NCBI GenBank assembly: GCA_964016885.1
Contig: CAXHJY010000626.1
Location: 21,582-85,581, forward strand
Direction: 5' to 3'
DNA length: 64,000 bases
DNA from: Eledone cirrhosa
Taxonomy: Eukaryota
In this document: positions 17,081 to 31,329 of the stretch, piece by piece
Layout: each line of letters begins with the position of its first letter
How positions within the stretch are numbered: position 1 is the stretch's first letter
Translations under genes and position numbers: made by a program
The notes under the pieces: generated by a model
Database searches by the model: none
Told to the model about the DNA's origin: nothing
The model's input: the letters and a program-made list of their open reading frames with translations, nothing else

Positions 17081-17573
17081 TATCCATGTAGGAGAACCCC
17101 TACCGGTGCGCTGAACGAGTGTGACTTTTTAGTCCAGCGACTTGAAAACTCTGGTACAAACACTACACCTGTGACAACTATTGACACATAGTGCTGGGCC
17201 CATGGCACCATGTGACGACAAGTGCAGAGAGATCTCCAGATATAAAGCAATGCCTTTATCTGTGAAGCCTTTATAGTGAGCAAAGGCACTGCACAAAGCC
17301 AGTCCCACTCTCTTAACCAAGATGATATTTACCAAAAAGAAGAACAAGTCAACATCATTGGATACCATCAGGGTTGCAGGTGTTACATCAGAGTTTTCCT
17401 TCTCCTAGAACTCTGCCTTGACAAAGGATAAGGGGTCATATGTTGATTTAAAACTGCACTATCCACAAGTGCTTTTTAGCCTTCATATCATGTCCTCCTG
17501 TTTTATCTGATGAAAACACAAATATTATTGCATGAGTGGTGGCCGTACTCGAAAACGAGTTGGCAGCCACCAT
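17081..17573 (+). mobile_element. Non-autonomous RTE-derived element, inverted, with a captured 95 bp filler
   Basis: 17081-17439 is an antisense internal part, 17437-17531 is filler, and 17535-17573 is the sense 3' terminus. Confidence 0.85.
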
Positions 17574-17712
17574 ATATGTATGTATGTGTATGTATGTATG
17601 TATATATGTTTATATGTATGTATGTATATATATGTATGTATGTATATGTATGTATATATATGTGTGTATGTATGTGTGTGTATATATGTATATGTATATA
17701 TATATATGTTAT

Positions 17713-18280
17713 GCCAGGTCACCAGTTGGTGCTACTGGTAACATGTATCCCAGTACAACCTGTCTCATGGTCGGGTCGTTGGCGACTAAACTGGCAACCC
17801 CACCAAGGTTTCTTGGTGAGGAGGGTGACTTTGGACATCCTGCAGGACTAAAAACAAAACCTGTCAAAGGGCAAAGGAGCTCTTAAGAGTCAATGGCCAT
17901 CCAAAATCACCGGGAGAGATGACCCCTTAGCCTTTGTCAAGGCAGAATTCTAGGAGAAGGAAAACTCTGATGTAACACCTGCAACCCTGATGGTATCCAA
18001 TGATGTTGACTTGTTCTTCTTTTTGGTAAATATCATCTTGGTTAAGAGAGTGGGACTGGCTTTTTGCAGTGCCGTTGCTCACTATAAAAGCTTCACAGCA
18101 CAGGCATTGCTTTATATCTGGAGATCTCTCTGCACTTGTCATCACATGGTACCATGGGCCCAGCACTATGTGTCAATAATTGTCACAAGTGTAGTGTTTG
18201 TACCAGAGTTTCCAAGTCGCTGGCTGGACTAAAAAGTCACACTCGTTCAGCACACCGGTAGGGGTTCTCCTACATGGATA
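17713..18280 (+). mobile_element. Non-autonomous bipartite RTE-derived element lacking its last ~45 bp
   Basis: RTE 5' UTR motif CTAGGAGAAGGAAAACTCTGA and a C2H2 remnant [23 protein letters not shown]. Confidence 0.9.
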
Positions 18281-18294
18281 TATATATACATACA

Positions 18295-18388
<94 letters not shown>

Positions 18389-18420
18389 AATATATATATA
18401 CATATACATATATATACATA

Positions 18421-18553
18421 CAGGTGTAGCGTTCGTACTAGAGGTTTCAAGTCGCTGGCTGGACTAGAAATTCACACTCGTTCAGCGCATCGGTAGGGGT
18501 TCTCCTACATATAAAGTAGTGGCCGTACTCGAAAACGAGTTGGCAGCCACCAT
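18421..18553 (+). mobile_element. 3' terminal fragment of the same non-autonomous RTE family
   Basis: Ends GTGGCCGTACTCGAAAACGAGTTGGCAGCCACCAT. Confidence 0.85.
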
Positions 18554-20580
<2,027 letters not shown>

Positions 20581-20592
20581 TGCTTCGATTGT

Positions 20593-21202
20593 GTCAGGTC
20601 ACCAGCTGGTGCTACTGGTAACATGTCTCCCAGTACAACCTGTCCCATGGTCGGGTCGTTGGCGACTAAACTGGCAACCCCACTAAGGTTTGTTGGTGAG
20701 GAGGGTGACTTTGGACATCCTGCAGGACTAAAACCAAAACCTGTCAAAGGGCAAAGGAGCTCTTAAGAGTCAATGGCCATTCAAAATCACCGGGAGAGAT
20801 GACCCCTTAGCCTTTGTCAAGGCAGAATTCTAGGAGAAGGAAAACTCTGATATAACACCTGCAACCCTGATGGTATCCAATGATGTTGACTTGTTCTTCT
20901 TTTTGGTAAATATCATCTTGGTTAAGAGAGTGGGTCTGGCTTTGTGCAGTGCCTTTGCTTACTATAAAAGCTTCACGGCACAGGCATTGCTTTATATCTG
21001 GAGATCTCTCTGCACTTGTCGTGACATGGTACCATGGGCCCAGCACTATGTGTCAATAATTGTCACAAGTGTAGTGTTTGTACCAGAGTTTTCAAGTCGC
21101 TGGCTGGACTAAAAAGCCACACTTTTTCAGCGCATTGGTAGGGGTTCTCCTATATGGATATAAATTAGTGGCCGTACTTGAAAACGAGTTGGCAGCCACC
21201 AT
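20593..21202 (+). mobile_element. Full-length (~610 bp) non-autonomous bipartite RTE-derived element
   Basis: Collinear with 17713-18280 and 45031-45635, with TATG repeats on both sides. Confidence 0.92.
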
Positions 21203-21231
21203 ATGTATATGTATGTATGTATATGTATATG

Positions 21232-21265
<34 letters not shown>

Positions 21266-21638
21266 TATATACGTATATAAATATATATATATATACGTAT
21301 ATATATATATCTATATATGTATGTATATATATGTATATGCATGTATATATGTATATGTATGTATATATTAATTTTCAAAATGTTTAATTTATACAGTATC
21401 TTCCAACGGTTTTCAACCCCTCTATGTAAAAAATATATCTCCTCTCAGTTATAAAAACTATCTCTTTCTCTCTATCACCCATCTCTCCCTCTCACCTCCT
21501 TCCCTTTTCATCCCCCCCCCCTCTCTAAATAAAATATTTTTCCCAATATCACACATCAATCTAAAACCACTTTTCATATGTTGATTTAAAACTGCACTAT
21601 CAACAAGTGTTTTTTAGCCTTCATATCATGTTCTCCTG

Positions 21639-21705
21639 TTTTATCTGATGAAAACACAAATATTATTGCTTGATGATGTTTGTTTTTGAAATGCACATAA
21701 TAAAA
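21639..21705 (+). ncRNA. Type-I hammerhead ribozyme in a PLE pLTR remnant (~21370-21745)
   Basis: TTTTAT-CTGATGA-[~15 bp stem II]-GAA-ATGCACAT-A-ATAAAA. Confidence 0.85.
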
Positions 21706-21745
21706 TATATGGAACTCCTTTAACCATCTTTTGATCTTATATTAT

Positions 21746-21950
21746 ATATATATATGTATATGTATGTATATATATATATATTTGTATATGTATGTATATA
21801 TATATATATTTGTATATGTATGTATATATATATATTTATATATGTATATGTATGTATATTTATGTATATATGTATATGTATATGTATGTATATATATGTA
21901 TGTATATGTATATATATATATATATTTATATATGTATATGTATGTATATT

Positions 21951-21982
<32 letters not shown>

Positions 21983-22042
21983 TGTATATATATGTATGTA
22001 TATGTATATGTATGTATATATATGTATGTATATGTATATATG

Positions 22043-22131
<89 letters not shown>

Positions 22132-22290
22132 GTATATATGTATATGTATGTATGTATATATGTATATGTATGTATATATATGTATATGTATGTATATATA
22201 TGTATATATGTATATATATGTATATATGTATATATATGTATATATGTATATGTATGTATGTATATATGTATATGTATGTATGTATATATG

Positions 22291-22333
<43 letters not shown>

Positions 22334-22437
22334 TTATGTATATATATATGTATGTATATATATGTATATTTATGTATATATATATGTATGTATATATATG
22401 TATACATATGTATATGTATGTATGTATATATATGTAT
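21746..22437. repeat. Degenerate (TA)n/(TATG)n array
   Basis: Read directly from sequence. Confidence 0.95.
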
Positions 22438-22769
22438 AAAACACTCACTACATAAAGGAATGTCACTCTTTGACATATTTATAGAACCTATTGAAACCTC
22501 TTTTCGATTCTAAAGTTATTTACTACGTCGCAAAGTTTGATATTTCTAACTTTTATATATATTACCCTCAACCCCGTTAACATAAAAGGATGCATAAATA
22601 AAATAATATAGGACTAAAGTACCTTAGCCATTTACCAAACTATTAGATATTATTCATATAAAAAATATATACATATTAACGCCTTTGTTACTATATTTCA
22701 AATGAAATTCACAGCCTGTAATTTTGTGTCAATTTTGAAAAAAATGAATGTGGTAGGATTTAATCATAA

Positions 22770-22963
22770 ACGAGGGTCGGCTAAAAGGTTTATAGGCTGA
22801 CCAAGATACTCTCATGGAATGCCCAAATGAGGTTTATTTTTCAACATAATCCCTGGAATGAAACGATGTATTTAATAAGAGGAGTTGAAATTAATGCATG
22901 CAAGATTTCGCAGCCCTAGTATCACTTCTTCATAGTCAGCGTATGATCTGTTCAGGCCATTCA
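22770..22963. mobile_element. Degraded mariner-type MITE
   Basis: ACGAGGGTCGGCTAAAAGGTTTATAGGCTGAC with imperfect inverse GTCAGCGTATGATCTGTTCAGGCCATTC. Confidence 0.45.
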
Positions 22964-23050
22964 AGAAACTGTGTTATTTTTAGCTGATGTTTTGCATATA
23001 ACGTAAGAAATGTGCTTACGTTATATTTTGATGGAAGGTTTATATTTGAA

Positions 23051-23470
23051 CTATCAGATGTACCCGGCGTTGCTCTAGAAATGAATGACATCCTGAATTA
23101 TTCAAGGTTGTTTATGGCTTAGCTAGCAATTTCTGAGTGCATGCCAGCTTATGTCAGCTAATTGGCTAGCCGATAAGAGGCCGCCTCAATAGCACGTGCC
23201 AAATCGGCCTAGTACTTCAAAAGTTAAAAGGAGCCTAGTATTTGTACGCAGACATATACACACATAAAATCTATTTTTTGGCCCCAATATCGATTTATTT
23301 TCAAATTTCTTTTTTGTCCAAAACCTTCTCTAGCATATAAGCAATAAGTGTGCCAAATTTGGTTGAAATCGGCCTAGTACTTCAAAAGTTAAAAGGAGCC
23401 TAGTATTTGTACACAGACACACACACACACACACACACAGACCGACTTGCTTGTATATATATATATAGAT
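23051..23470 (+). mobile_element. Non-autonomous Helitron/DINE-1(Lep1)-like element
   Basis: Starts CTATCAGATGTACCCGGCGTTGC, has an internal ~47 bp direct repeat (AAATCGGCCTAGTACTTCAAAAG...), a CAGAC/CA microsatellite and a TATATAGAT end. Confidence 0.65.
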
Positions 23471-23824
23471 ATGAACACTTTAAGATAAACGACGTTGTAT
23501 CTTAGAAACATTGTTGTTGCAGGCAGTTTGGTATCTAATGGGTTAACCACAATCTTTTCGGTGAATGATACCAAATTGCCTAAGCTGATCCTGGTCATAC
23601 CATATACGTAAAACTGTGATAAACTGTTTTTATTCACATAGAAACCTTCTATCATGTCTTTATGTCAGAAACTTTGGTAGGTTAAGTATCCGATTAATAA
23701 TTTAAAAGTTATATTGCTAAATGTTCCAAAATTCCTGAATATATATATATATATATTTCTTTAGAAATACGAGATTCCAATACATATCTGTATACAACTA
23801 TGCTTAAGCTAAATTCTAATTCTA

Positions 23825-24001
<177 letters not shown>

Positions 24002-24574
24002 TGTGTCTATCACCGTATATATAGGAAGTAAATTCTATACCTAGTCCATGAAGTTGTCTAAGTGTGTTTGGTCGCATTGTGTGTGTGTGTGTGTGTGATT
24101 TGTCAGTGTATGAATCAACGATAAAAGACAATTAGTAACATATAAATATCGTTAAAGTGACATTCATTTTCCTGGCTAGACATAATATAACGCCGTTATG
24201 GGAAATTGCGCTTCATATGGCATTAAATTCGAGCGAGAAATCAAATTGCATTTGTACAAATTGAAACTACTATCGTGACCAAAACCCATTCTCCATGTTT
24301 ATAGCCAATTCATTACTCAGTCATCCACAATCTATATATCTAATCATATTCAGGGCCTTCTCACTCATGTTAGAGGAGCCCTCGCTAATGTAACTCCACC
24401 GCTTTTGATTTAGGTCATGTCTTCAGGAGTGTTGCCGTACTCCGCTCGTTCGGCCAGTTGGGGTTTCATGAAGCTGTTTTACCCATATCTGGCGTGGATG
24501 GCCGATGAGTCTTAGGAGTTCATCTGTGCTTCTGTAGATATTCGAAACGATGCATACATACATATTTACATACA

Positions 24575-24667
24575 TAGTGGCCGCAAAAATGTATACACAC
24601 TTTGATTACCTGTACAGGCAATATTTATTAGAATGCCATTGACGTGTGTATACATTCTTTGGGACAC
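24575..24667. mobile_element. Tiny Tc1/mariner-like MITE
   Basis: GTGGCCGCAAAAATGTATACACAC with inverse GTGTGTATACATTCTTTGGGACAC. Confidence 0.5.
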
Positions 24668-24679
24668 ACACATATATAT

Positions 24680-26578
24680 CTAAGGCGGGTAAAATTCCCG
24701 AGATCCATGGACGAGTTCTCTCCAGCGGTCTCTGTCCCTCATTATCGCTGCCATATCCTGCATCTCCAACAGACCAGTGTCTGTCCTTAGGGCATCAACA
24801 TATGTTAACCTTGGTCTTCCTCTTCTAGTGTGTCCATGTAGGGGCTCCCAAAGGAGCACTGAGTGCAATGTCAACTCTGGATGTCGGTGAGCATGTCCAG
24901 CCAACCTCAGTCTCCTCTGTGTCACTTTTGAGCTGACTTTTGGGATGCTCCCATACAGCTCTGAGTTTTTCATCCTCTGTGTATACTGATTAATGTTCAG
25001 AGCCATCCTCAGCATTCTCGTGTAGCACCCATCCACCATCTGAGTGAGTCTCTTGGTCAGTGTCCAAGTCTCAGACCCATACAGCAGCACAGACTCCACT
25101 ACAGCAATGAAGAGGCGGATTTTCAGGTCTCTACGAAGGTCCGACTTCCACACCGATCTCAAGCTGTGACACGCCGCCCAGGCCTTGCTCTTCCTCTCAA
25201 CCACATCATCTTCCGTATTCCCAATCTTTGCTCCCAAATACAGGAAGTCGTCAACCAATTCCAGCGGCTTCCCGCCTACATTAGTGATCCCCTCTGGCTT
25301 CTCAACATTCTCTACCAGATATTTTGTTTTAGTCTCATTTATTCTCAGCCCCACACTCATCGACACAGTCTCAACCTCCCGCATCAAATCCTCTGCCTCC
25401 TTCACTGTATTTGTCACCAAAACTATGTCGTCGGCAAATTCAGCATCCGATACCTTTTTCGCCCCAACTCTCCTGCTCTGAGCCGGTGCTACAGTAAAGC
25501 CAGTGTCCTGGTGTTTCTCCAGTGCAAGGCGCATACAATAGTCCACTACGATGATAAAAAGGTAGGGAGCCAATGTATCTCCCTGGAGCACTCCAGCCAG
25601 TATCTCAAAGAACTCTGTCATCCCATCAGGTGTAATGACTTGGGCTTTGGTGTTGGTGTAGAGCAGTGATATCAGGTCCACTATCCTCTTGGGGATTCCA
25701 TAAGCCTGTAAGATCTTCATCAGGCAGTAACGGTCCACAGAATCAAAGGCTTTCCTAAAGTCAATGAAAACCATGACCGCAGGAAGGCACTTTGCTCTAG
25801 CTCCCTCTAATATCCTCCTCAGCATCAGGATGTGACTGGTGGTTGATCTACCCTCTCTGAAGCCGTTCTGGTTGTCCCTGAGCTTCTTCTCCATCTCAGA
25901 CTGGATCCTGTTAAGAATCATCCTGTTGAGGGTCTTTGCCACAAGTGACGTCAGTGAGATCCCCCGGTAGTTGTTGGTGTTAGAGAGATCTCCCTTCTTT
26001 GGCACTGGGACGATGTTACTGATCCTCCACTGATTCGGGGCAACTCCTTTCTCCAGTGCCCCGTTACAGAACCCCAGGATGATATCATCAAAATCACACC
26101 TCTTCATCACCTCTGATTCCACTCCATCTTCTCCATGAGCCTTGCCCTCCTTGATCTTCTTCTTAGCTCTCTGAAGCTCCTCTCTGGTGAAGGGCTCTGT
26201 CTCAACATCCAGTTCCTCAAACAGCCGCCTGATCTCCCCAGTGCTCTGGGCTGTGGAGGGTGGCTCTCCTAGTAGGGTCCTAAAATGATCTAGCCATTTC
26301 CTCTTCCTATCCTCGGGCCCCGTTCCCTGGATCTGACTCGAACACCTTTTCTTCCTCCCTGTGATCTCGTTGATGATCATCCAGCTCTCCTTACATCCAG
26401 ATCTGTCAACCGCTCTCTCCACACTTCTGATCTTATCTATCAGTGCCTCCTCTCTGACCTCAGTGTAAGCGGTACAGAGCTCTTCCCTCATCACCTCCAC
26501 AGTCTCCATCCTCTCCTCCGTAGGATCAGCATAGAATTGGTCCCTGGCAGCTTTCAGGTGTTCTCTGGCTGCACACAC
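24680..26578 (-). CDS. RTE-type reverse transcriptase (C-terminal part of the single ORF)
   Basis: NYRGISL, QNGFR, DFRKAFDS, GVLQGDTLAP, EFADD, FLYLG, LLYGSETW, RRLRLAGH; no stops. Confidence 0.93.
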   Translation of the reverse strand: MCAAREHLKAARDQFYADPTEERMETVEVMREELCTAYTEVREEALIDKIRSVERAVDRSGCKESWMIINEITGRKKRCSSQIQGTGPEDRKRKWLDHFRTLLGEPPSTAQSTGEIRRLFEELDVETEPFTREELQRAKKKIKEGKAHGEDGVESEVMKRCDFDDIILGFCNGALEKGVAPNQWRISNIVPVPKKGDLSNTNNYRGISLTSLVAKTLNRMILNRIQSEMEKKLRDNQNGFREGRSTTSHILMLRRILEGARAKCLPAVMVFIDFRKAFDSVDRYCLMKILQAYGIPKRIVDLISLLYTNTKAQVITPDGMTEFFEILAGVLQGDTLAPYLFIIVVDYCMRLALEKHQDTGFTVAPAQSRRVGAKKVSDAEFADDIVLVTNTVKEAEDLMREVETVSMSVGLRINETKTKYLVENVEKPEGITNVGGKPLELVDDFLYLGAKIGNTEDDVVERKSKAWAACHSLRSVWKSDLRRDLKIRLFIAVVESVLLYGSETWTLTKRLTQMVDGCYTRMLRMALNINQYTQRMKNSELYGSIPKVSSKVTQRRLRLAGHAHRHPELTLHSVLLWEPLHGHTRRGRPRLTYVDALRTDTGLLEMQDMAAIMRDRDRWRELVHGSREFYPP

Positions 26579-26755
26579 TTTGTCCTGGGTATGACATCAA
26601 ACTACATCCAGTGGCAAGGCTCCAGTTCGGGAGTTCAGGAGATGTGGGGAATGTGGAGTTACCCCTTAGTTGTCATGACTCCCAGGTCTGCCCTGGCCCG
26701 GGGTGGTAGTACCTGTTAGGGCTCCATTTATGGGTTAAATAACTACCTTATTCGA

Positions 26756-27985
26756 GTGGCGCCGGTAAGGTATTGTCAGCCATTGAAAAGAAATATGGAG
26801 AGTCGATCTAACAGCACTATGGTTAGAGCCCCTAATTACGCTGTCAAGGAGCAGCCTGGTCGTTATGACTCTGCTGGCTTAGAGCCACAGAGAGGGCCAG
26901 TGGATGATGGATCAGCTGTCTCTGAGACAAATATAAAGAATGCAGTTTTGTCCTGCAGAAGAGCCATCAAAATGGGCACTTTGAATGTGAGGACTATTCG
27001 AACGCTGGAGAAGAGAGAGGAGTTGGGACATCTGTTCGAGGAGAGTGGTATACAGATACTTGCGATCCAAGAACACAGGATTCTACACGATGAGCCCGTG
27101 AGGAGTGTGATGATCGGGAGGAAGAGCCAGCTCATCACTACATCGGCAGTGAAGAACACAACAAATGCTGCAGTGGGAGGAGTGGGTTTTGTGTTCAGTG
27201 CAAAAACCAATCTGTTGGTGAGGGAAATAATGCCTATCTCCCCGCGAGTGTTGAGGGTGACCTTCAATGGAAACCCAAGACTGACAGTCATCTCAGCCTA
27301 TAGTCCAACCGAGAGGGACAGTGATGTGAATGCCGAGGAGTTCCATGAGGAGGTGTGTAGAGCTGTCAACACCACTCAGGCACACAATATCCTGCTTGTT
27401 TTGGGGGACTTCAATGCACATCTGAGTAAGGAGGGCAGTGAAGATCCTTGCTGGTACTTCCATAACAACACCAACCGAAATGGAAGACTACTGAGAGACA
27501 CCCTGCTGGAGGCGAACTTGATGGCGACCAACCTAGGGTTTAGGAAGAATCTGGGGAAGATGTGGACCTACATCTCAGATGTGCACCTGTCCAAGTCCCA
27601 GATTGATTTCATTCTGGTGAGGAAAAAGTGGCGGAATAGTGTTCTGAACACGGAACCATACAGCTATTTCAGTACACTGGGTAGTGACCACCGGCTTGTT
27701 ATGAGTGAGGTCCGCGTGAGCTTAAGAAAGAGCAAGGCTCAGCCCCGGAGAACAATCTATGACTGGGGAGCTTTCAAGGAAGATGATAAGCTACAGGAGA
27801 GGTTCACAGTGGAAGTGAGAAACAGGTTTAGTGCTCTGTGTGGAGAGTCAGAGGAGAGAGAGATTGGATGGACTGAGGAGAGTGTGACGAGGAGGTACGG
27901 GCACTTCACCAATGCAGTGGCGGAAGCAAGTGAAACCCTGGTGCCGAGGAAAAAGAACAAAGGGAAGCACGTCAGCTCTGCAAAC
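26756..27985 (+). CDS. AP-like endonuclease (N-terminal part of the same RTE ORF, inverted)
   Basis: GTLNVRT, LAIQEHR, GGVGF, SAYSPT, LGDFNA, QIDFIL, SDHRLV; no stops. Confidence 0.93.
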
Positions 27986-28939
27986 ATATATATATATATA
28001 TATGTATAAAAAGAAACAGAAAGATTATATTCACATACAGAAGTACGAATCACATATAATCACAAAAAATTATTTCTTTCTCTCTCTTTTTCTCTAAAAA
28101 AAACCCCCCACACACACACGTGTAGACAGACACATATATTGATAATGTTTATATAGGGAAAAAACCTATTGCAAATTATATTTATATTGTATCTCATTAA
28201 CCTATACATCAATATATCAATGTATAGCAGCTAGCCATGCACGAAGATGCTGAAAATCCTGTCATATGCTTAAATCTGTGAGCTGGAATAAACTTGATGT
28301 ACTTTATATAGTCTCAGGTGATAGTAATATCTGTTTCTTGTGAACTGTAACTGCTCATCGAGCCGATCTTCGTAGTTTAATGTGGCATTAAGTCAAACGA
28401 AAGCTACGTCTCTACGTCTCACTAAATCAATCAATCTCTGTTTATTTATCTCACGAATTTCGGATGCTTTAGGTTCAGATGTTTTAGGTTCAGATGTTTT
28501 ACACACACACGCGTGTGTATGTTTTTTAAACGTATCTCTCTATGAATGATTTTAATGTAAAGGTGAGACGTCTGTGTGGTTACTACATTCTCGTGTAATC
28601 TGGTCAATTCTCACCTATATTTATTGTACGCATATAAACACACACGCACGCACGCACGCACGCACGCACGCGCGCATGCATGAATATCTCTCTCTAAATA
28701 AATTTATATATATTTGTGTGGGTTTATACACACACACCTATATAAGTGAGAGGTTGAAGATTGTTGACGGAGCCAATTTATTCAATGTGTATTCATCAGA
28801 TCACGTATGGAAATTATCGGTGGTTGATGGACATCCTATTCAAATGCATATTGAACTCCCATCTTCTGTGGGTATTAACATTTAAAGAACCCTTGAAGCT
28901 CAGAAGGTATTTCTCTTAGGACGCTATGGTGTGATTATT

Positions 28940-29260
28940 GAAGCGGTCACCCTTATAGTATAGCTTTGGTAGTTAATTCTCCTATACAGTTGGTTCTGGT
29001 TGAGCTGGATGTGCCATATGAAAGCAGAATGTAGGAAGCCGAGTACTAAAATATAGATAAATATCTCAGACTCCCTAACAGCTTAAGGGAAGCAGGCTCT
29101 CAGATCAATGACAGAAATGACGTGCACCTAGAAGTTATGTAGTACGATGCTACCGAGTCCGCTTGAAAATCTAAGGGTTTAAAGGCCAACACTCTGGACA
29201 GCAGGTCTTGAGAAAAGTCCCCTTCTTACAAATCTTGCATTAAAGCAACTTCTCTGATGA
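28940..29260 (+). pseudogene. Degraded restriction-like endonuclease domain of a HERO/R2-group non-LTR element
   Basis: Manual translation QLVLVELDVPYESRM*EAEY resembles the VELTVPWEE.MEEAHERK motif. Confidence 0.45.
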
Positions 29261-29383
29261 TTTACTGTCAAGCGTTGCTTAGAGTTTCGAACAATTACAA
29301 TAACATATATCAATTATATTTTTAAACAATATCTTCAAATTTACTGGAATACTTTTCCTAAAAAGAATACGTCAGATGTTTCT

Positions 29384-29545
29384 TAAGGCGGCGAATTGGC
29401 AGAAACGTTAGAAAGTCGGATAGAATGCTTTATGGTATTCGATCCGGCTCCTTGCTCTCTGAGTTTAAATCCCACCGAGATCAACTTTGCCTTTCTCCTT
29501 TCGAAGTCGATAAAAAAAAGTACCAGTCTAGTACTGGGGTCAATT
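29384..29545 (+). mobile_element. SINE family 2 (Meta/MESC-like CTTTCATCCTT..GGGGTCGATAAA..AGTACCAG domain)
   Basis: TAAGGCGGCGAATTGGCAGAA head and central domain shared with several other copies in the window. Confidence 0.75.
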
Positions 29546-30258
29546 CTTCCTCTATATATCTTTCTCATTTCCTTTCTCTCTCACTTTCTATCTTTCTCGG
29601 GCAGAAATCTGCTGTACTCAGGCCAGGAGAGGGATGAGCTCTGCCAGGTTTAAAATGCCCAAGAAACGCTGTATATCAATATGGCGCCCCTACGACTCTA
29701 TCAGGAGTTACGAGACTATACATACATAGATACATGTTTCTTATTTATTTGGTATGGGGTGAAGGAAATAATCAGATGATTTTGCTTATATCACGGCATA
29801 GTGAAGATATGTAAACAAACTCTCTTACTAGGAACCGTGGTTTACTTTCATGTATTTTCATAATATTTTTAGTAAACATGATTAAAGTCATATTTAGTGT
29901 AATGAATTAGAAATAATGAATTAGATTATTGCAATTAGTTCTAATATTCTGCTTTAATATTCCGAGTTAATTTGATGTCATTTAGTTAATGAAAAATATC
30001 GATGAGAGATTTGAACAACAAACTATATCTAGAGTTCAGATAGATACACCAAACATAGAGAAAGCTAGCCATGCGGTGGGCTAATACCTTGACCTATAGA
30101 AACGTATTTAATATATTCGAGTCCACCATACAACGCAACCCGATTAAGAGATAAAGCAGAACATTTGGAATCACTGCCATTTTTCTACATAGAAAGTAAA
30201 TTTCTACACTGCCCAACAGTTAATATTCTTAAAAACCACGGTATTTTAAACAAACATT

Positions 30259-30301
<43 letters not shown>

Positions 30302-30307
<6 letters not shown>

Positions 30308-30691
30308 AAGTAATTAAGTCAAATATTTAAAATTTGGCTTCGTTTATTAAAGATGAACTGCTATATATATTTCGGTGACATTTACTGCTATATATATGGC
30401 TGTGACCTCTTCAGGCAGTTCGAATTGGTGTGGTAGAGACAGGTACACATGTTGTTAAAGTGTTTTACTCCGTCAATACTCCGATATGTCCAGCTTCGGA
30501 CTGCCTGAATAGGTCACAGCCAATGATGGCTGTCACCGAAATATATATAGCAGTACACGAAGCCAAATTTTAAATATTTGACTTAATTACTTTAATTTAC
30601 ATTACTCCGGAGTAACCAAACCAACCTGCGTACTTCGTCGAGTGCTCCAATCTGCATACTGAGGTGTCGGTAAACAACCAACATATACTAA

Positions 30692-30700
<9 letters not shown>
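30302..30700 (+). mobile_element. PLE pLTR fold-back with two opposed hammerheads
   Basis: IR ~30305-30428 / ~30490-30595, flanked by (TA)n on both sides. Confidence 0.8.
30501..30553 (+). ncRNA. Type-I hammerhead ribozyme (mirror copy at 30358-30419 on -)
   Basis: CTGC-CTGAATA-GGTCACAGCC(aatgat)GGCTGTCACC-GAA-ATATATAT-A-GCAG. The - copy has canonical CTGAAGA. Confidence 0.8.
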
Positions 30701-30722
<22 letters not shown>

Positions 30723-30898
30723 TAAAACTTCGTAAGCAATGGTGAAAGCTATAATTGAATATGATATACTAAAACCCGTCAGCAAACCAGGTTTGCTTGC
30801 TGATTAATTTAATAAAGTGCAGTAAATTAGTTCAAGCATTAATAGAAATCCATTATGTTACAGAATGGTATAGCAATGCTCTCCCTCTCATATATATA

Positions 30899-31303
30899 TA
30901 CGAGGGCAATCCCAAAAGTAAGGTCTCCTTCCGATATTGCAACTTCCGATATTGCAACTTTTCCGTTAAAATCCTGTGGATGGTGCTTCGGGAAACCTCA
31001 GGAACCAAAATGCAGAGAGCATCCAGAGTGATCCGCCGATCTTTACGCATGTTTTCCTCGGAAGGAGACCTTACTTTTGGGATTGCCCTCGTATATAATA
31101 ACTGCGCGAAATTCGCACTTGGCGGTAGCGTGCAACGGGAGCTCCATTCTCAACGGCTGCCAAGCCAAGATTGAGCATCCCAGTGAAGCGCGCGCATGCT
31201 TGTTTGGGAGTGAAGGAAGCACCAATCACAACATTGTTGCCAACAGCCGTACGAACAGTTTCTCTGCGTCCCCATCGCTGTGGAGACCTTACTTTTGGGA
31301 TTA
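30899..31303 (-). mobile_element. Rearranged mariner remnant with three TIR copies
   Basis: TIR TACGAGGGCAATCCCAAAAGTAAGGTCTCC at 30899 (+), 31064-31093 (-) and 31282-31303 (-, partial). Transposase fragments MELPLHATAKCEFRAVI and RKDRRITLDAL..SRSTIHRILTEKLQYRK. Confidence 0.85.
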
Positions 31304-31329
31304 TATATATATCACCCTCAACATAATCA

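Larger units (their letters stand above)
24677..27985 (-). mobile_element. Apparently full-length RTE/RTE-X LINE with a 5' inversion (twin priming)
   Basis: RT is on - (24680-26578) while the 5' UTR and APE are on + (~26580-27985). The two coding halves join conceptually as ...HVSSAN / DKVCAAREH... TA repeats flank both ends. Confidence 0.92.
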
